The notes beneath the pieces are model-generated. The model had not been told where the DNA came from. It made no database searches and was given only the letters and a program-made list of their open reading frames with translations. DNA of 64,000 bases, from positions 20,773 to 84,772 of the forward strand of contig JBBTSB010000009.1 of NCBI GenBank assembly GCA_038064915.1. Reading direction: 5' to 3'. Shown here one piece after another: positions 10,807 to 19,417 of this stretch; the stretch's first letter is position 1, and each line of letters starts with the position of its first letter. Both the position numbers and the translations under genes were made by a program. This DNA is from Patescibacteria group bacterium (GTDB lineage: Bacteria; Patescibacteriota; Minisyncoccia; 2-02-FULL-40-12; IGHO2-01-FULL-4-A).

Positions 10807-11390
10807 CTCAAAAACCCAAGTTCGCGTAAAACTTTTTCAAAAGCATGGATCGCCGCAAACGCTTGATCATGTTTCAACTGATAGTTTGTCTCATGCACTA
10901 GAAGATTCCGAAGTTTGTGCGCATCCCACAAATCCTGAATGCTCGTCAGTTCTTGAGGCTTGATGAGCATAAGCCGCTCCCCCATTGTCTCTCCTACAAA
11001 CCCCCGAGCTTTGAGAGCTTCATCAACAAACTTGTCAGCTTCGATGACCGAAAGTTTCCACTCCGCCTCACGCGGTGAGTTTACGTATTGCTGAATGTGT
11101 TCCCACGCTTTTGCCCACGCATCGGAACGCTCTCCCTCTCCAGCGGCATGCTCGGGAGCTTCGGTATGGTGTTCACCACCATGTTCCCCACCGGCCGCGG
11201 CATGCGCATGTTCATGGAGCATGTGTTTGCGGTGATCCCGCATGATGAAGTGTGCCTTTAAATACGCAAAGACAGCAACAAACAAAAAGATAAACGTGAG
11301 AATGAGAAAAATAATCTTCACGTTCTGTTGCCAGCCGAGGTAGTTGACTCCCCTGAAAAAATCGATGATGTTAGCGGGTAGATTGCTCAT
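10803..11390 (-). CDS. Hypothetical single-TM protein with His-rich linker and C-terminal helical domain
   Basis: TM segment, HRKHMLHEHAH...EHGGEHH linker, VIEADK...GETMGERL...AHKLRNLLVHE; overlaps both neighbours. Confidence 0.75.
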   Translation of the reverse strand: MSNLPANIIDFFRGVNYLGWQQNVKIIFLILTFIFLFVAVFAYLKAHFIMRDHRKHMLHEHAHAAAGGEHGGEHHTEAPEHAAGEGERSDAWAKAWEHIQQYVNSPREAEWKLSVIEADKFVDEALKARGFVGETMGERLMLIKPQELTSIQDLWDAHKLRNLLVHETNYQLKHDQAFAAIHAFEKVLRELGFLS

Positions 11391-12747
11391 ACGCAAAAGC
11401 TGTTTGAAATATTTTTTCCTCTTGAAAACGATCGGCCATGATCTGAAGGCCTATAGGTAATTTTACTCCATCTAGCTCACCAAATCCACAGGGAACGGAA
11501 ATACCGCATAATCCTGCAAGGTTTGCTTGTACGGTATATACGTCTGCCAAATAAAATTGTAATGGATCTTTAAACTCCCCTATTTTAGGCGCCATCACGG
11601 GCGACGTAGGACCCACAATCACATCGTGGTCATGGAAAACCCGATCAAAATCTCGACAGATCAGCGTCCGCACTTGTTGCGCTTTTTTATAGTATGCATC
11701 GTAGTACCCGGCGGAAAGCGCAAAAGTGCCGATCATGATGCGACGCTGAACTTCTCTGCCAAAGCCCTGGCTACGAGATTTTTCGTAGACTTCAAGTAAG
11801 TTTCGTCCCTCTGCAGAATATCCATATCTAATCCCATCTAGCCGCGCAAGATTCGTAGAAACTTCCGAGGGCGTGATGATATAGTAGGTTGCGAGCGCAT
11901 AATCTGTCATTGGCAAACTGACTTCGCTGATCTTGGCTCCGAGTTCCTCCAATTTCTTTATGGCGTTCTTAATAAACGTTTCTACTTGCGGATCGAGACC
12001 TTCACCGAAGAATTCTTTGGGCACGGCAACACGCAAGCCTTTGATACTTTTGCCAAGGGATGCAGTATAGTCAGGGACAGGCTTGGGAGAGGTGGTGGAA
12101 TCCAAAGCATCATGACCAGAAATCATGTTCATGACTATGGCTGCATCTTCGACATTCTTGGTAACCGGCGCAACTTGGTCGAGACTGGAGGTGAGCGGAA
12201 TCAGACCATGGCGCGAGACGCGGCCGTAGCTTGGCTTTACTCCCACCGTCCCAGTCCACGAAGCCGGTAAGCGCACCGAGCCACCCGTCTCACTGCCCAG
12301 TGCAAAAAGCGCCATATCGGCGGCAACTGCGGCTACCGAACCACTGGAAGATCCACCAGCAACGCGTGTGTGATCGAGAGGATTGAGTGTGGGACCATAG
12401 GCGGAATTTTCGCCAGTCGTACCCATAGCAGAATCATCCATGTTTGTCTTTCCTAGTATGCTTGAACCTGATGCTCGAATTTTTTTCACTACCGTCGCGT
12501 CATAGCTTGCTATATAATTTTCGAGAATTTTTGAGCCGCCAGTACATTTTTCTCCTTCTACCATAATCAAATCTTTTACCGCACACGGCAATCCTCCCGG
12601 CGCATTTTCAAAAATGCTCAAATACGCATTGAATTTGGGATTAAGCTCATAGGTGCGTTTCAAAAAATACTGGGTCAATTCTTCCCCAGATACCTCTTTC
12701 CTCGAAAGTATTTCCTGTGCCTTTTTTAACGTTAAACCTTTAAACAT
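11371..12747 (-). CDS. gatA: Asp/Glu-tRNA amidotransferase subunit A
   Basis: AVKD, GGSSSGS, GSETGGSVRLPA, NLARLDGIRYG. Confidence 0.95.
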   Translation of the reverse strand: MFKGLTLKKAQEILSRKEVSGEELTQYFLKRTYELNPKFNAYLSIFENAPGGLPCAVKDLIMVEGEKCTGGSKILENYIASYDATVVKKIRASGSSILGKTNMDDSAMGTTGENSAYGPTLNPLDHTRVAGGSSSGSVAAVAADMALFALGSETGGSVRLPASWTGTVGVKPSYGRVSRHGLIPLTSSLDQVAPVTKNVEDAAIVMNMISGHDALDSTTSPKPVPDYTASLGKSIKGLRVAVPKEFFGEGLDPQVETFIKNAIKKLEELGAKISEVSLPMTDYALATYYIITPSEVSTNLARLDGIRYGYSAEGRNLLEVYEKSRSQGFGREVQRRIMIGTFALSAGYYDAYYKKAQQVRTLICRDFDRVFHDHDVIVGPTSPVMAPKIGEFKDPLQFYLADVYTVQANLAGLCGISVPCGFGELDGVKLPIGLQIMADRFQEEKIFQTAFAYEQSTR

Positions 12748-12754
12748 TTAAACC

Positions 12755-13057
12755 TTAAACTTTCTTAAATACCTCCTTTACCTTCACAAACCTTCCCTCA
12801 TGTTCCGGTGCGGCTTCGACAAGATCCATCGGATTCCCATCCCACCACGGCACGGCTTCGTCTTTCCGAAAAACATCTTCAAGTCCCGTGACCTGCGCCG
12901 TCGGCTCCACGCCTTCGGTGTTCACCTCTTTGAGTTTTTCCACGTACGTCAAAATCTGCCCAAGCTCCTTGGTCATTTTTTCTTTTTGTGCATCATCAAA
13001 CTCCAACCTCGCCAATTTGGCAATGTGTTCAACTTGTTCTTTGGTGATAGTAGACAT
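12755..13057 (-). CDS. gatC: Asp/Glu-tRNA amidotransferase subunit C
   Basis: EQVEHIAKLARL...VNTEGVEPT...FRKD; adjacent to gatA. Confidence 0.92.
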   Translation of the reverse strand: MSTITKEQVEHIAKLARLEFDDAQKEKMTKELGQILTYVEKLKEVNTEGVEPTAQVTGLEDVFRKDEAVPWWDGNPMDLVEAAPEHEGRFVKVKEVFKKV

Positions 13058-13121
13058 TAAGTCCAATCTAGCACAAAAAAAGTTAGCATGCTATATTCGC
13101 AATACTCTGGGAGGTGGCGCA

Positions 13122-13301
13122 ATGGAAATTCTAAGAATCTGTCCGCTTCACAATGTGGCATTTGATAAGTTCTGTTCAAAGTGCTACCTACGGGACCCCC
13201 GCTGCCCTCAGTGCGGGAGTTCCAACTTTGGAAGTGAAGACGAGGGGCTTGTGATCAAGTGGACCTGCTACGATTGCAGGCACACCTGGACCGAGCAATA
13301 G
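13122..13301 (+). CDS. 59-aa Cys-rich zinc-ribbon-like microprotein (PRCP group, copy 1)
   Basis: SD GGAGGT before the ATG; CPLH, CSKC, PRCPQC and CYDC pairs; extended -10 TGCTATATT at 13089-13097. Confidence 0.72.
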   Translation: MEILRICPLHNVAFDKFCSKCYLRDPRCPQCGSSNFGSEDEGLVIKWTCYDCRHTWTEQ

Positions 13302-13304
13302 CTC

Positions 13305-13376
13305 CTCCCGCCCTCGCGGACGGCAGCCCTCGCGCATTGCGCTTGGAGCTCGCGTCGCGGGGGCTGTTGTTTTTAT
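13305..13376 (+). repeat. Conserved post-stop hairpin element, copy A (direct repeat of 14274-14347)
   Basis: Near-identical to copy B (3 substitutions, 2 single-nt indels); long GC stem followed by a T tract. Confidence 0.9.
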
Positions 13377-13420
13377 TGAATGCAATTGGATTGTAACGAT
13401 CACCACACCCACCATATCCT

Positions 13421-13460
13421 TAGTTCTACATTCCAGACCGGCCGTGTCAGAATATAGAAT
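13421..13460. repeat. Left 40-bp inverted repeat of the PaaX-like gene (internally palindromic)
   Basis: Reverse complement matches 14000-14039 at 32/40; abuts the stop codon. Confidence 0.85.
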
Positions 13461-13999
13461 CACGAAAGTTTATATTTTTTCTCAAATTTTTTATTGAGCT
13501 CGTCTCCCAACGTAGGAACAACAATCAGATGCACAGAAGAGCGGAGCATGAGAATATCAACAAGCTCACTGATTTCTTTATCGCAAACATGAGGAGTAAT
13601 AAAGACACTCTGTTGCAATTTGGTACAATCCCACTCTTTGAGTTTATCACGAAAAAGCTTACGCGCATTCCTTCTTTTTTCAGGAATATCGAATATAACG
13701 ATACGCCATTGGTGGTCCCATCGTTTTCCCGATGGATCAAATGAAAGCTCCTGCAGTCGATAGTAATCAATGCGCGCACTTCCCTTTTTGGTTATATGGA
13801 TGCCATTTTGTTTCTGTTGTATAAATCCATCCCGCTCAAGACGCTTGAGTGCTTGATTGATTTCCCATTCCCGATAACCTGGGCTCGATCGCATCATTTT
13901 GTTGGAAAGTGAATTACGACTAAAAGAGACTTCCATGATATACATCAACTCTCCTAAAGCTAGGAAAATATTTTTCACAATATTTTGTCCTTTTCCCAT
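13460..13999 (-). CDS. PaaX-like protein (winged HTH plus Cas2-like ferredoxin-fold domain)
   Basis: ALKRLERDGFI...HITKKG wHTH; WDHQWRIVIFDIPEKRR...LQQSVFITP. Confidence 0.85.
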   Translation of the reverse strand: MGKGQNIVKNIFLALGELMYIMEVSFSRNSLSNKMMRSSPGYREWEINQALKRLERDGFIQQKQNGIHITKKGSARIDYYRLQELSFDPSGKRWDHQWRIVIFDIPEKRRNARKLFRDKLKEWDCTKLQQSVFITPHVCDKEISELVDILMLRSSVHLIVVPTLGDELNKKFEKKYKLS

Positions 14000-14039
14000 A
14001 TTCTATATTCTAGCACGGCCGGTTCCAAATATATAACTA
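14000..14039. repeat. Right 40-bp inverted repeat of the PaaX-like gene
   Basis: ATTCTATATTCTAGCACGGCCGGTTCCAAATATATAACTA; abuts the start codon. Confidence 0.85.
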
Positions 14040-14093
14040 CGTTTTGTTCACAATAAACTCTCTTTCTCTTAGGATTTTGGCGAGGAGGTCATC

Positions 14094-14273
14094 ATGAAAG
14101 ATGATCGAGAAACCTGGCCTCGATGTCCCTATGTGGGACTACCCGGAGGTGAGTGGTGCGACGGGCACACGTCGGATGGACTCTGCCCACCGGGATGCTC
14201 CGAGCATGTCGCCAATGTTCGGGATGAGAGGGAGAAGCGCCTCCATGAGGCTCTCACTCCGGATTTTCAGTAG
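14094..14273 (+). CDS. 59-aa Cys/His-rich microprotein (PRCP group, copy 2; not in the ORF track)
   Basis: SD GAGGAGGT; MKDDRETWPRCPYVGLPGGEWCDGHTSDGLCPPGCSEHVANVRDEREKRLHEALTPDFQ*. Confidence 0.65.
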   Translation: MKDDRETWPRCPYVGLPGGEWCDGHTSDGLCPPGCSEHVANVRDEREKRLHEALTPDFQ

Positions 14274-14347
14274 CTCCCGCCCTTGCGGACAGACAGCCCT
14301 CGCGCATTGCGCTTGGAGCTCGCGTCGCGAGGGCTGTCTGTTTTTAT
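14274..14347 (+). repeat. Conserved post-stop hairpin element, copy B
   Basis: 16-bp perfect stem ACAGACAGCCCTCGCG/CGCGAGGGCTGTCTGT plus T tract; 36-nt core identical to copy A. Confidence 0.9.
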
Positions 14348-14354
14348 ACAACAA

Positions 14355-14429
14355 CTCACCCTAACCCTCTCTTATAGATAAGAGAGGGAATTTCTTCCCC
14401 CTTATCTATAAGGGGGATTCGAGGGGGTT
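14355..14429. repeat. REP-like double palindrome (CCCTCTCTTATAGATAAGAGAGGG and CCCCCTTATCTATAAGGGGG)
   Basis: Near-identical inverted copy at 57783-57862; related unit in murB at 7683-7725. Confidence 0.88.
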
Positions 14430-16374
14430 ACTGAACGAGTTTCAGAAATTCTCCTTCATTCAATATCTTCACCCCCAGTTTCTTTGCCTTCTCGGCTTTA
14501 CTTCCCGGTTCACTGCCGACCACCACATAGCTCGTTTCTTTGGAGACCGATGACGACGCATCGCCACCGTGGGAACGGACGAGTTCTTCTGCCGCTTCTC
14601 GACTCATGCTTTCCATCGATCCCGTAAATACAAACGTCTTGCCTTTGAGTTTATTGGACTTTTGTGTAGATTCCACCGGTAAAATCGCAATATGTTTTTT
14701 TAATTTAGTAATGAGCCTGTCGTGTGCAAACCAATCAAAAATACTTTTGGCTACGACTCCCCCAATGTCTTTAATAGCGGCGAGCTCTTCGAGCGAAGCC
14801 GACCCGAGCTTCTCGAGGGTTCCGAATTTTCGCGCGAGATCGACAGCTGTTTCTGATCCCACATGCGGAATTCCCAATCCATAAATAAAGCGATCCAGGG
14901 CTATTTTTTTGTGAGACTGAATTGAAGCAACTGCGTTTTCTGCCGATTTGTCGGCAAAGCGATCGAGGTTGAAAAAATCTTCTTTGGTGAGCGTAAACAA
15001 ATCCGCTGCGTCGCGCACGAGTCCAGCATCCATCAGCGCGTCTATGATCTTTGGCCCGATGCCGTCCATGTCAAACGCGCCTTTGGAAATAAAATGATAC
15101 ATGCCTTCACGTTTGATGGCGGGGCAATTTTTGTTGACGCATTTATACGCAACCTCCCCTTCAACACGCTTGATTGTTTCATTGCACGCAGGACACTTCC
15201 TGGGAAATTGAAAATTCTTTTCCTTGCCCGTGCGCAGTTCGGTGATGGCTTTTTTGATATCAGGAATAACATCCCCTGCACGGCCGACAACAACCGTGTC
15301 ACCGATTTTGACATCAAGACGTTTTATTTCATCTTCGTTGTGAAGCGTCGCGCGGGAAACCGTCGTGCCGCCGATTTCCACAGGCTCCAGTACTGCGACG
15401 GGGGTAAGCGTTCCCGTGCGGCCGACGCTGACAATGATGTCGTTGAGCTTGGTCGTCGCCTCTCGCGGTGAAAATTTGTACGCGATCGCGCCCCGCGGCG
15501 TCTTGCCGATGACGCCCAGCTTGCGGAACATCGCCTCATCATTGATTTGCACGACAATTCCGTCTATTTCGTAGTTCAGTGATTCGCGATGTTTCTCCCA
15601 GTAATCCCGAAATTCCTGTACTTCCTTGAGATCTTTGCAAAATTTATTGTGCGGATTTGTTTTAAAGCCCAGATCATGCAAAATCCTGTGCTCGTCTTCA
15701 TGCGTCTTTTGTCCCAGATCCGTAATGAGCGAATATGCGTATGAATCCATCTTGCGTGAAGCGGTTATTTTTGGATCAAGCTGACGAATGGAGCCAGCGG
15801 CAAGATTGCGTGGATTTGCATACCCTTCTGCTTTAAATTCTTCAAATTCTTTTTTAGTAATAAAAACTTCGCCCCTGAGCACAATCTCCTCCTCATGGTC
15901 AATGGTCAATGGTACAGCGTCAATGGTTCTGAGATTTTGAGTCACATTTTCGCCTACGGTACCATCTCCCCTTGTTGCTCCTATTTTTAATATCCCTTTT
16001 TCATAGACTAATTCAATCGCAAGACCATCCAACTTCAGCTCACAGTAGTATCCCGAATCCCCCGCCTTGGGGTCGATGCGCCTAATACGTTCAAGCCATT
16101 CGCCCAAATCGTCCTCATTAAATGCATCTAAAAGCGAGAGCATGCGAGTTGGATGCGTGAATTTTTCAAACTTATCAAGTGGGGTGCCACCCACGCGTTG
16201 CGTTGGCGAGTCAGGTGTGACAAGCTTCGGAAACTGCGTTTCCAAGTCAAAAAGCTCTTTTTTGAGGCTATCTTCAACGCTTTCTTCTACGAGTGGTTTG
16301 TCCAAAACCAGCCGGTGGTAGCGGTATTTATTGATAAGATCGCGAAGCTTTTTTATTCGTAAATTTGGATCCAT
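14428..16374 (-). CDS. ligA: NAD-dependent DNA ligase
   Basis: ELKLDG adenylation motif, TRGDG, Cys4 zinc finger, HhH repeats, C-terminal BRCT. Confidence 0.97.
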   Translation of the reverse strand: MDPNLRIKKLRDLINKYRYHRLVLDKPLVEESVEDSLKKELFDLETQFPKLVTPDSPTQRVGGTPLDKFEKFTHPTRMLSLLDAFNEDDLGEWLERIRRIDPKAGDSGYYCELKLDGLAIELVYEKGILKIGATRGDGTVGENVTQNLRTIDAVPLTIDHEEEIVLRGEVFITKKEFEEFKAEGYANPRNLAAGSIRQLDPKITASRKMDSYAYSLITDLGQKTHEDEHRILHDLGFKTNPHNKFCKDLKEVQEFRDYWEKHRESLNYEIDGIVVQINDEAMFRKLGVIGKTPRGAIAYKFSPREATTKLNDIIVSVGRTGTLTPVAVLEPVEIGGTTVSRATLHNEDEIKRLDVKIGDTVVVGRAGDVIPDIKKAITELRTGKEKNFQFPRKCPACNETIKRVEGEVAYKCVNKNCPAIKREGMYHFISKGAFDMDGIGPKIIDALMDAGLVRDAADLFTLTKEDFFNLDRFADKSAENAVASIQSHKKIALDRFIYGLGIPHVGSETAVDLARKFGTLEKLGSASLEELAAIKDIGGVVAKSIFDWFAHDRLITKLKKHIAILPVESTQKSNKLKGKTFVFTGSMESMSREAAEELVRSHGGDASSSVSKETSYVVVGSEPGSKAEKAKKLGVKILNEGEFLKLVQ

Positions 16375-16391
16375 TCGTAGATTGGGATGTT

Positions 16392-16715
16392 CTAGAATGA
16401 TATCTCAAAAGCTCGCGTTACGCCACGGTAGGTCCCCGTCGCTTTCACCGGAGAAACGGAACAATCCGTTATCGTAAACGTACTTCCGTTGGTCATCGTT
16501 GGCGATGGAACCGGTTCGATTCGGTTTGAATAGAGACACCATTCTAGGGCACTTTCTGCCGCATATGCCGCAGTTACCGAATTTTTTGCTTCCGCGGCAA
16601 TGCGAATTTTCGGAATGAAAATAGCAGACAACGACAGCGCAATGGAAAGAATAACCGCCACAAGCAGAATACTTACCACCAAAGCAAACCCGGATTGTGT
16701 GTTGGATTTAATCAT
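16392..16715 (-). CDS. PilX-like minor pilin
   Basis: QSG|FALVVSILL pilin-like N-terminus without Glu5; AAYAAESALE. Confidence 0.75.
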   Translation of the reverse strand: MIKSNTQSGFALVVSILLVAVILSIALSLSAIFIPKIRIAAEAKNSVTAAYAAESALEWCLYSNRIEPVPSPTMTNGSTFTITDCSVSPVKATGTYRGVTRAFEISF

Positions 16716-17226
16716 TGATACTGCGCGGTGAAACACTGGTTTGAATGTCGATCAGCGATTGCTGTTTTGTTTTTTTACTCCGCATACTCGCCAGCATGGT
16801 GATGCGCGTCTGCCGGCCATCACCGGGCTGTGAGCCGGAAATACAAAAGTTCAGTTTCGTAAATGCAACGGTGCTGGAAGTGATCGCCACGCCATTGCGG
16901 TGAATATCGGTACCCGACAACGTGTACGTAATGGCGCCCAGATCCGGATGGAGAACTGAAAGGGATAACTCCGGCAAGTTCGTGCAATCGGAGTCTGAGA
17001 CGGAAGGACTAACTTGCGAAACACGAAGTTCTTTAATCATCGTTTCAAGAACGAATGCCGCATTCTCTTCCGTTTGTTGAAGATTAAAAGCGCGTCGTTG
17101 CAGATCCAAACCGTAGACAAAGGCAGAGCCCACAATGATCATGATCAAGCCAAAAAGAGACATGGCCACGAGAAGTTCCACTAGGGTAAAACCCTTAGTA
17201 CCAGTTGTAGAGATGTTCTTCTGCAT
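16708..17226 (-). CDS. Type IV minor pilin (PilW-like)
   Basis: KG|FTLVELLV prepilin motif. Confidence 0.85.
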   Translation of the reverse strand: MQKNISTTGTKGFTLVELLVAMSLFGLIMIIVGSAFVYGLDLQRRAFNLQQTEENAAFVLETMIKELRVSQVSPSVSDSDCTNLPELSLSVLHPDLGAITYTLSGTDIHRNGVAITSSTVAFTKLNFCISGSQPGDGRQTRITMLASMRSKKTKQQSLIDIQTSVSPRSIND

Positions 17227-17698
17227 TGACTTGTTTTGTACCGGTCCTTTCTCTCCAGGATACTTGTACCATTACCACGATTTCTGCCGTCGGACTGGCG
17301 CCAACTTTTCGAATGTTGACCGATCTGCTAAACACCGTCCCTACACCGGCGCTATCGTGGCTGTACAGTTGCTGGCTATCATGAAACAGCTTTGGATCGC
17401 ACGAACCTGCTAGTTCAGTTGAATTCCACTGCACGCAGTACGTTCCATCCGGTACAGGACCTCCCGCATTGCCAAAAGATCCAAATTCATTGCCTGCAAA
17501 CCAATCCGTATCACGCAAGTTTCGAACCAACTCCATTCCTTCCTGGGTCAGACTACTGGCAATAAAGCTATTTTTGATGAAATTTGCGTTGCTTGTGTTG
17601 AATGAAATCAGAGCAAAAGCTCCGGCAAGTGCCACGCTCAATACAAAAAGAGCGACGAGTGTTTCTATCAAGGTAAATCCTGATGTTCGCTGATGCAT
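17195..17698 (-). CDS. Type IV minor pilin (PilV-like)
   Basis: SG|FTLIETLVAL; QEGMELVRNLRD; start set at ATG 17698. Confidence 0.85.
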   Translation of the reverse strand: MHQRTSGFTLIETLVALFVLSVALAGAFALISFNTSNANFIKNSFIASSLTQEGMELVRNLRDTDWFAGNEFGSFGNAGGPVPDGTYCVQWNSTELAGSCDPKLFHDSQQLYSHDSAGVGTVFSRSVNIRKVGASPTAEIVVMVQVSWRERTGTKQVNAEEHLYNWY

Positions 17699-17699
17699 G

Positions 17700-18233
17700 T
17701 CAGTTGGTCGTGTCAATTTTACCGGAAGTATACACCGATATTTTTGTTCCCGTCCCAGATCCTGCACCCTGTTGGAGAACAATCTCGATCACGGAAGGTG
17801 GCTGCGACGAGGAAGAACTCCCCCCGATGTACGTCGTTGGGTGGGGAGGAGCAAAAAAGATATCAAAAAAGCTACTCTTAATCATAAGACGGGTATTGCT
17901 CAACTGTTTCTGTTCTATAATACGGTCGCCAGCGGCGTTGTACAAACCGGTGTCGCAGGGTGTTGCGTAGGGTCGTGCAAATAATAGATAGGTCCGAACA
18001 TCAACATAATGAACACCGAATCCGCAGGTGGGAAGTCCCTGGTATGAACTCCCCGCAAGAGCCATGGACTGCATACGCCTGATATCAGCGCTGACAATAT
18101 TTGCGGATTGATTGCGCGCCGTGGCATTGGAGGAAGAAGAGCGAAAATTATACACCAAAATACCTGAAAACGAAGCGATGATCGCCATAACTATAAGCAA
18201 CTCAATCAGATTAAAACCGCGAGAGTATTTCAT
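17700..18233 (-). CDS. Type IV minor pilin (FimT/GspH-like)
   Basis: RG|FNLIELLIV; start set at ATG 18233. Confidence 0.83.
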   Translation of the reverse strand: MKYSRGFNLIELLIVMAIIASFSGILVYNFRSSSSNATARNQSANIVSADIRRMQSMALAGSSYQGLPTCGFGVHYVDVRTYLLFARPYATPCDTGLYNAAGDRIIEQKQLSNTRLMIKSSFFDIFFAPPHPTTYIGGSSSSSQPPSVIEIVLQQGAGSGTGTKISVYTSGKIDTTN

Positions 18234-18912
18234 GAATCGGCGCTTGCAGTGACGCAACGAGAACTGCTCCAAATGCAAGCAACGTGCCAAAGGGAAGCTG
18301 TGTTTTCATGGTCGCCTTCTTTAATACTAGCAAAATAGACCCCAAAAGTCCCCCCACAATAACTGCAACATAAAAAACAACCAACGCATCGGGAAAGCCA
18401 AACAACAGTCCCAAAACACCTGCCAGTTTCACATCTCCAAAACCGATCCATCGTCCCCGAGAAAAAAACCAAAGAAGAAAGAAGAAAAGCGCAGCCGCGA
18501 AAGCAAAAATAACAGCATCCCATGATCGATGATTCACCAGTGCAAGAAGCACAATCGGTACCAAAAGCATGTCGGGAATAAGAAAATGCTGCAGATCAAT
18601 TACAGAGATTACGAGAAGCAATGCAATCGCTGCAAGCATAAGCGGCTGTTGCCACAAAAGAACAAAAAGCAGTCCCGAAATCAATTCGATCAGCGGATAC
18701 TGCAACGAAATTCGCTCCGAACAGTAGCGGCAATGGCCACGAAGTAAGACAAAACTCACCAATGGAACAAGATCGTACCAAACAAGCCGGTGACCGCAGT
18801 ACGGGCAATGCGAACGTCCCGCAAAGAAACCTTCGCCATGCGGGATTCGATATATGAGCACATTTAAGAAGCTGCCAACGATGAGCCCGAAAGCGAAGTA
18901 AACAGCAAGCAC
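18211..18912 (-). CDS. pilD: Prepilin peptidase (A24)
   Basis: GSFLNV, RSHCPYC...CRYC, VIDL and GFGDVKL catalytic Asp motifs. Confidence 0.93.
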   Translation of the reverse strand: MLAVYFAFGLIVGSFLNVLIYRIPHGEGFFAGRSHCPYCGHRLVWYDLVPLVSFVLLRGHCRYCSERISLQYPLIELISGLLFVLLWQQPLMLAAIALLLVISVIDLQHFLIPDMLLVPIVLLALVNHRSWDAVIFAFAAALFFFLLWFFSRGRWIGFGDVKLAGVLGLLFGFPDALVVFYVAVIVGGLLGSILLVLKKATMKTQLPFGTLLAFGAVLVASLQAPIHEILSRF

Positions 18913-18914
18913 GC

Positions 18915-19364
18915 CTATTTTATACCAAGATCAAAGAGAAAATCTGGGCTATCTGCGCCGGACTCAGCACCCGTCCATTCTGAACCGGTAAAATCAGCAT
19001 CCCCACCAAGCAAAGCGGCATTTTTATTTTCGAGTTTCGCAACAATTTGGTACTTGGTCTTTCCCGAGTCAACGTGGTACTTGTAGTCTACGTTTGTTGA
19101 GGGATCTTTCGGCGCTGCCCCTGACTGGAAGAATTTACCCATGTCTGGATCACCGAGAGTTGCGGGGTATACTCCATTTTCATCATAATATTCTTCCACG
19201 GCAGTACGAATTTGACTCACATCGGTTCCCCGTCTCGTGTCACGCGCTTTTCCACGAGCAGTATTGAGCTGTAGCAAGAGCAACGTCGCCAAGATGCCGA
19301 TGATAGCGATAACGACCAAGAGTTCAACGAGAGTAAAACCTCGAGAAAAAGTGAGTTTTTTCAT
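18915..19364 (-). CDS. Type IV pilin / GspG-like major pilin
   Basis: RG|FTLVELLVVIAIIGILA, ARGKARDTRR, PKDP; TATAAT about 10 nt before the ATG. Confidence 0.88.
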   Translation of the reverse strand: MKKLTFSRGFTLVELLVVIAIIGILATLLLLQLNTARGKARDTRRGTDVSQIRTAVEEYYDENGVYPATLGDPDMGKFFQSGAAPKDPSTNVDYKYHVDSGKTKYQIVAKLENKNAALLGGDADFTGSEWTGAESGADSPDFLFDLGIK

Positions 19365-19417
19365 AGTGATTGTATTATACCGCAAGCAAAGCTCTCTGCA
19401 ATACCAGTTACCCACAC

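Noticed and set aside
13299-13380. UAG read-through (recoding) into the hairpin element
   Set aside because: A single-nt indel puts the two copies in different frames, so no conserved extension peptide
13460-13999. CRISPR-Cas locus suggested by the Cas2-like domain and nearby repeats
   Set aside because: No cas1 or effector genes and no regularly spaced repeat-spacer array seen in the window
13305-14347. Classical integron attC sites or DGR target/template repeats
   Set aside because: No RYYYAAC/GTTRRRY cores at the hairpin ends, no integrase or reverse transcriptase, and the ORF 3' ends are not adenine-specific variants of each other
14101-14364. 87-aa ORF from the track
   Set aside because: It runs through the hairpin element; the SD-matched ATG at 14094 is in another frame and stops exactly at the element
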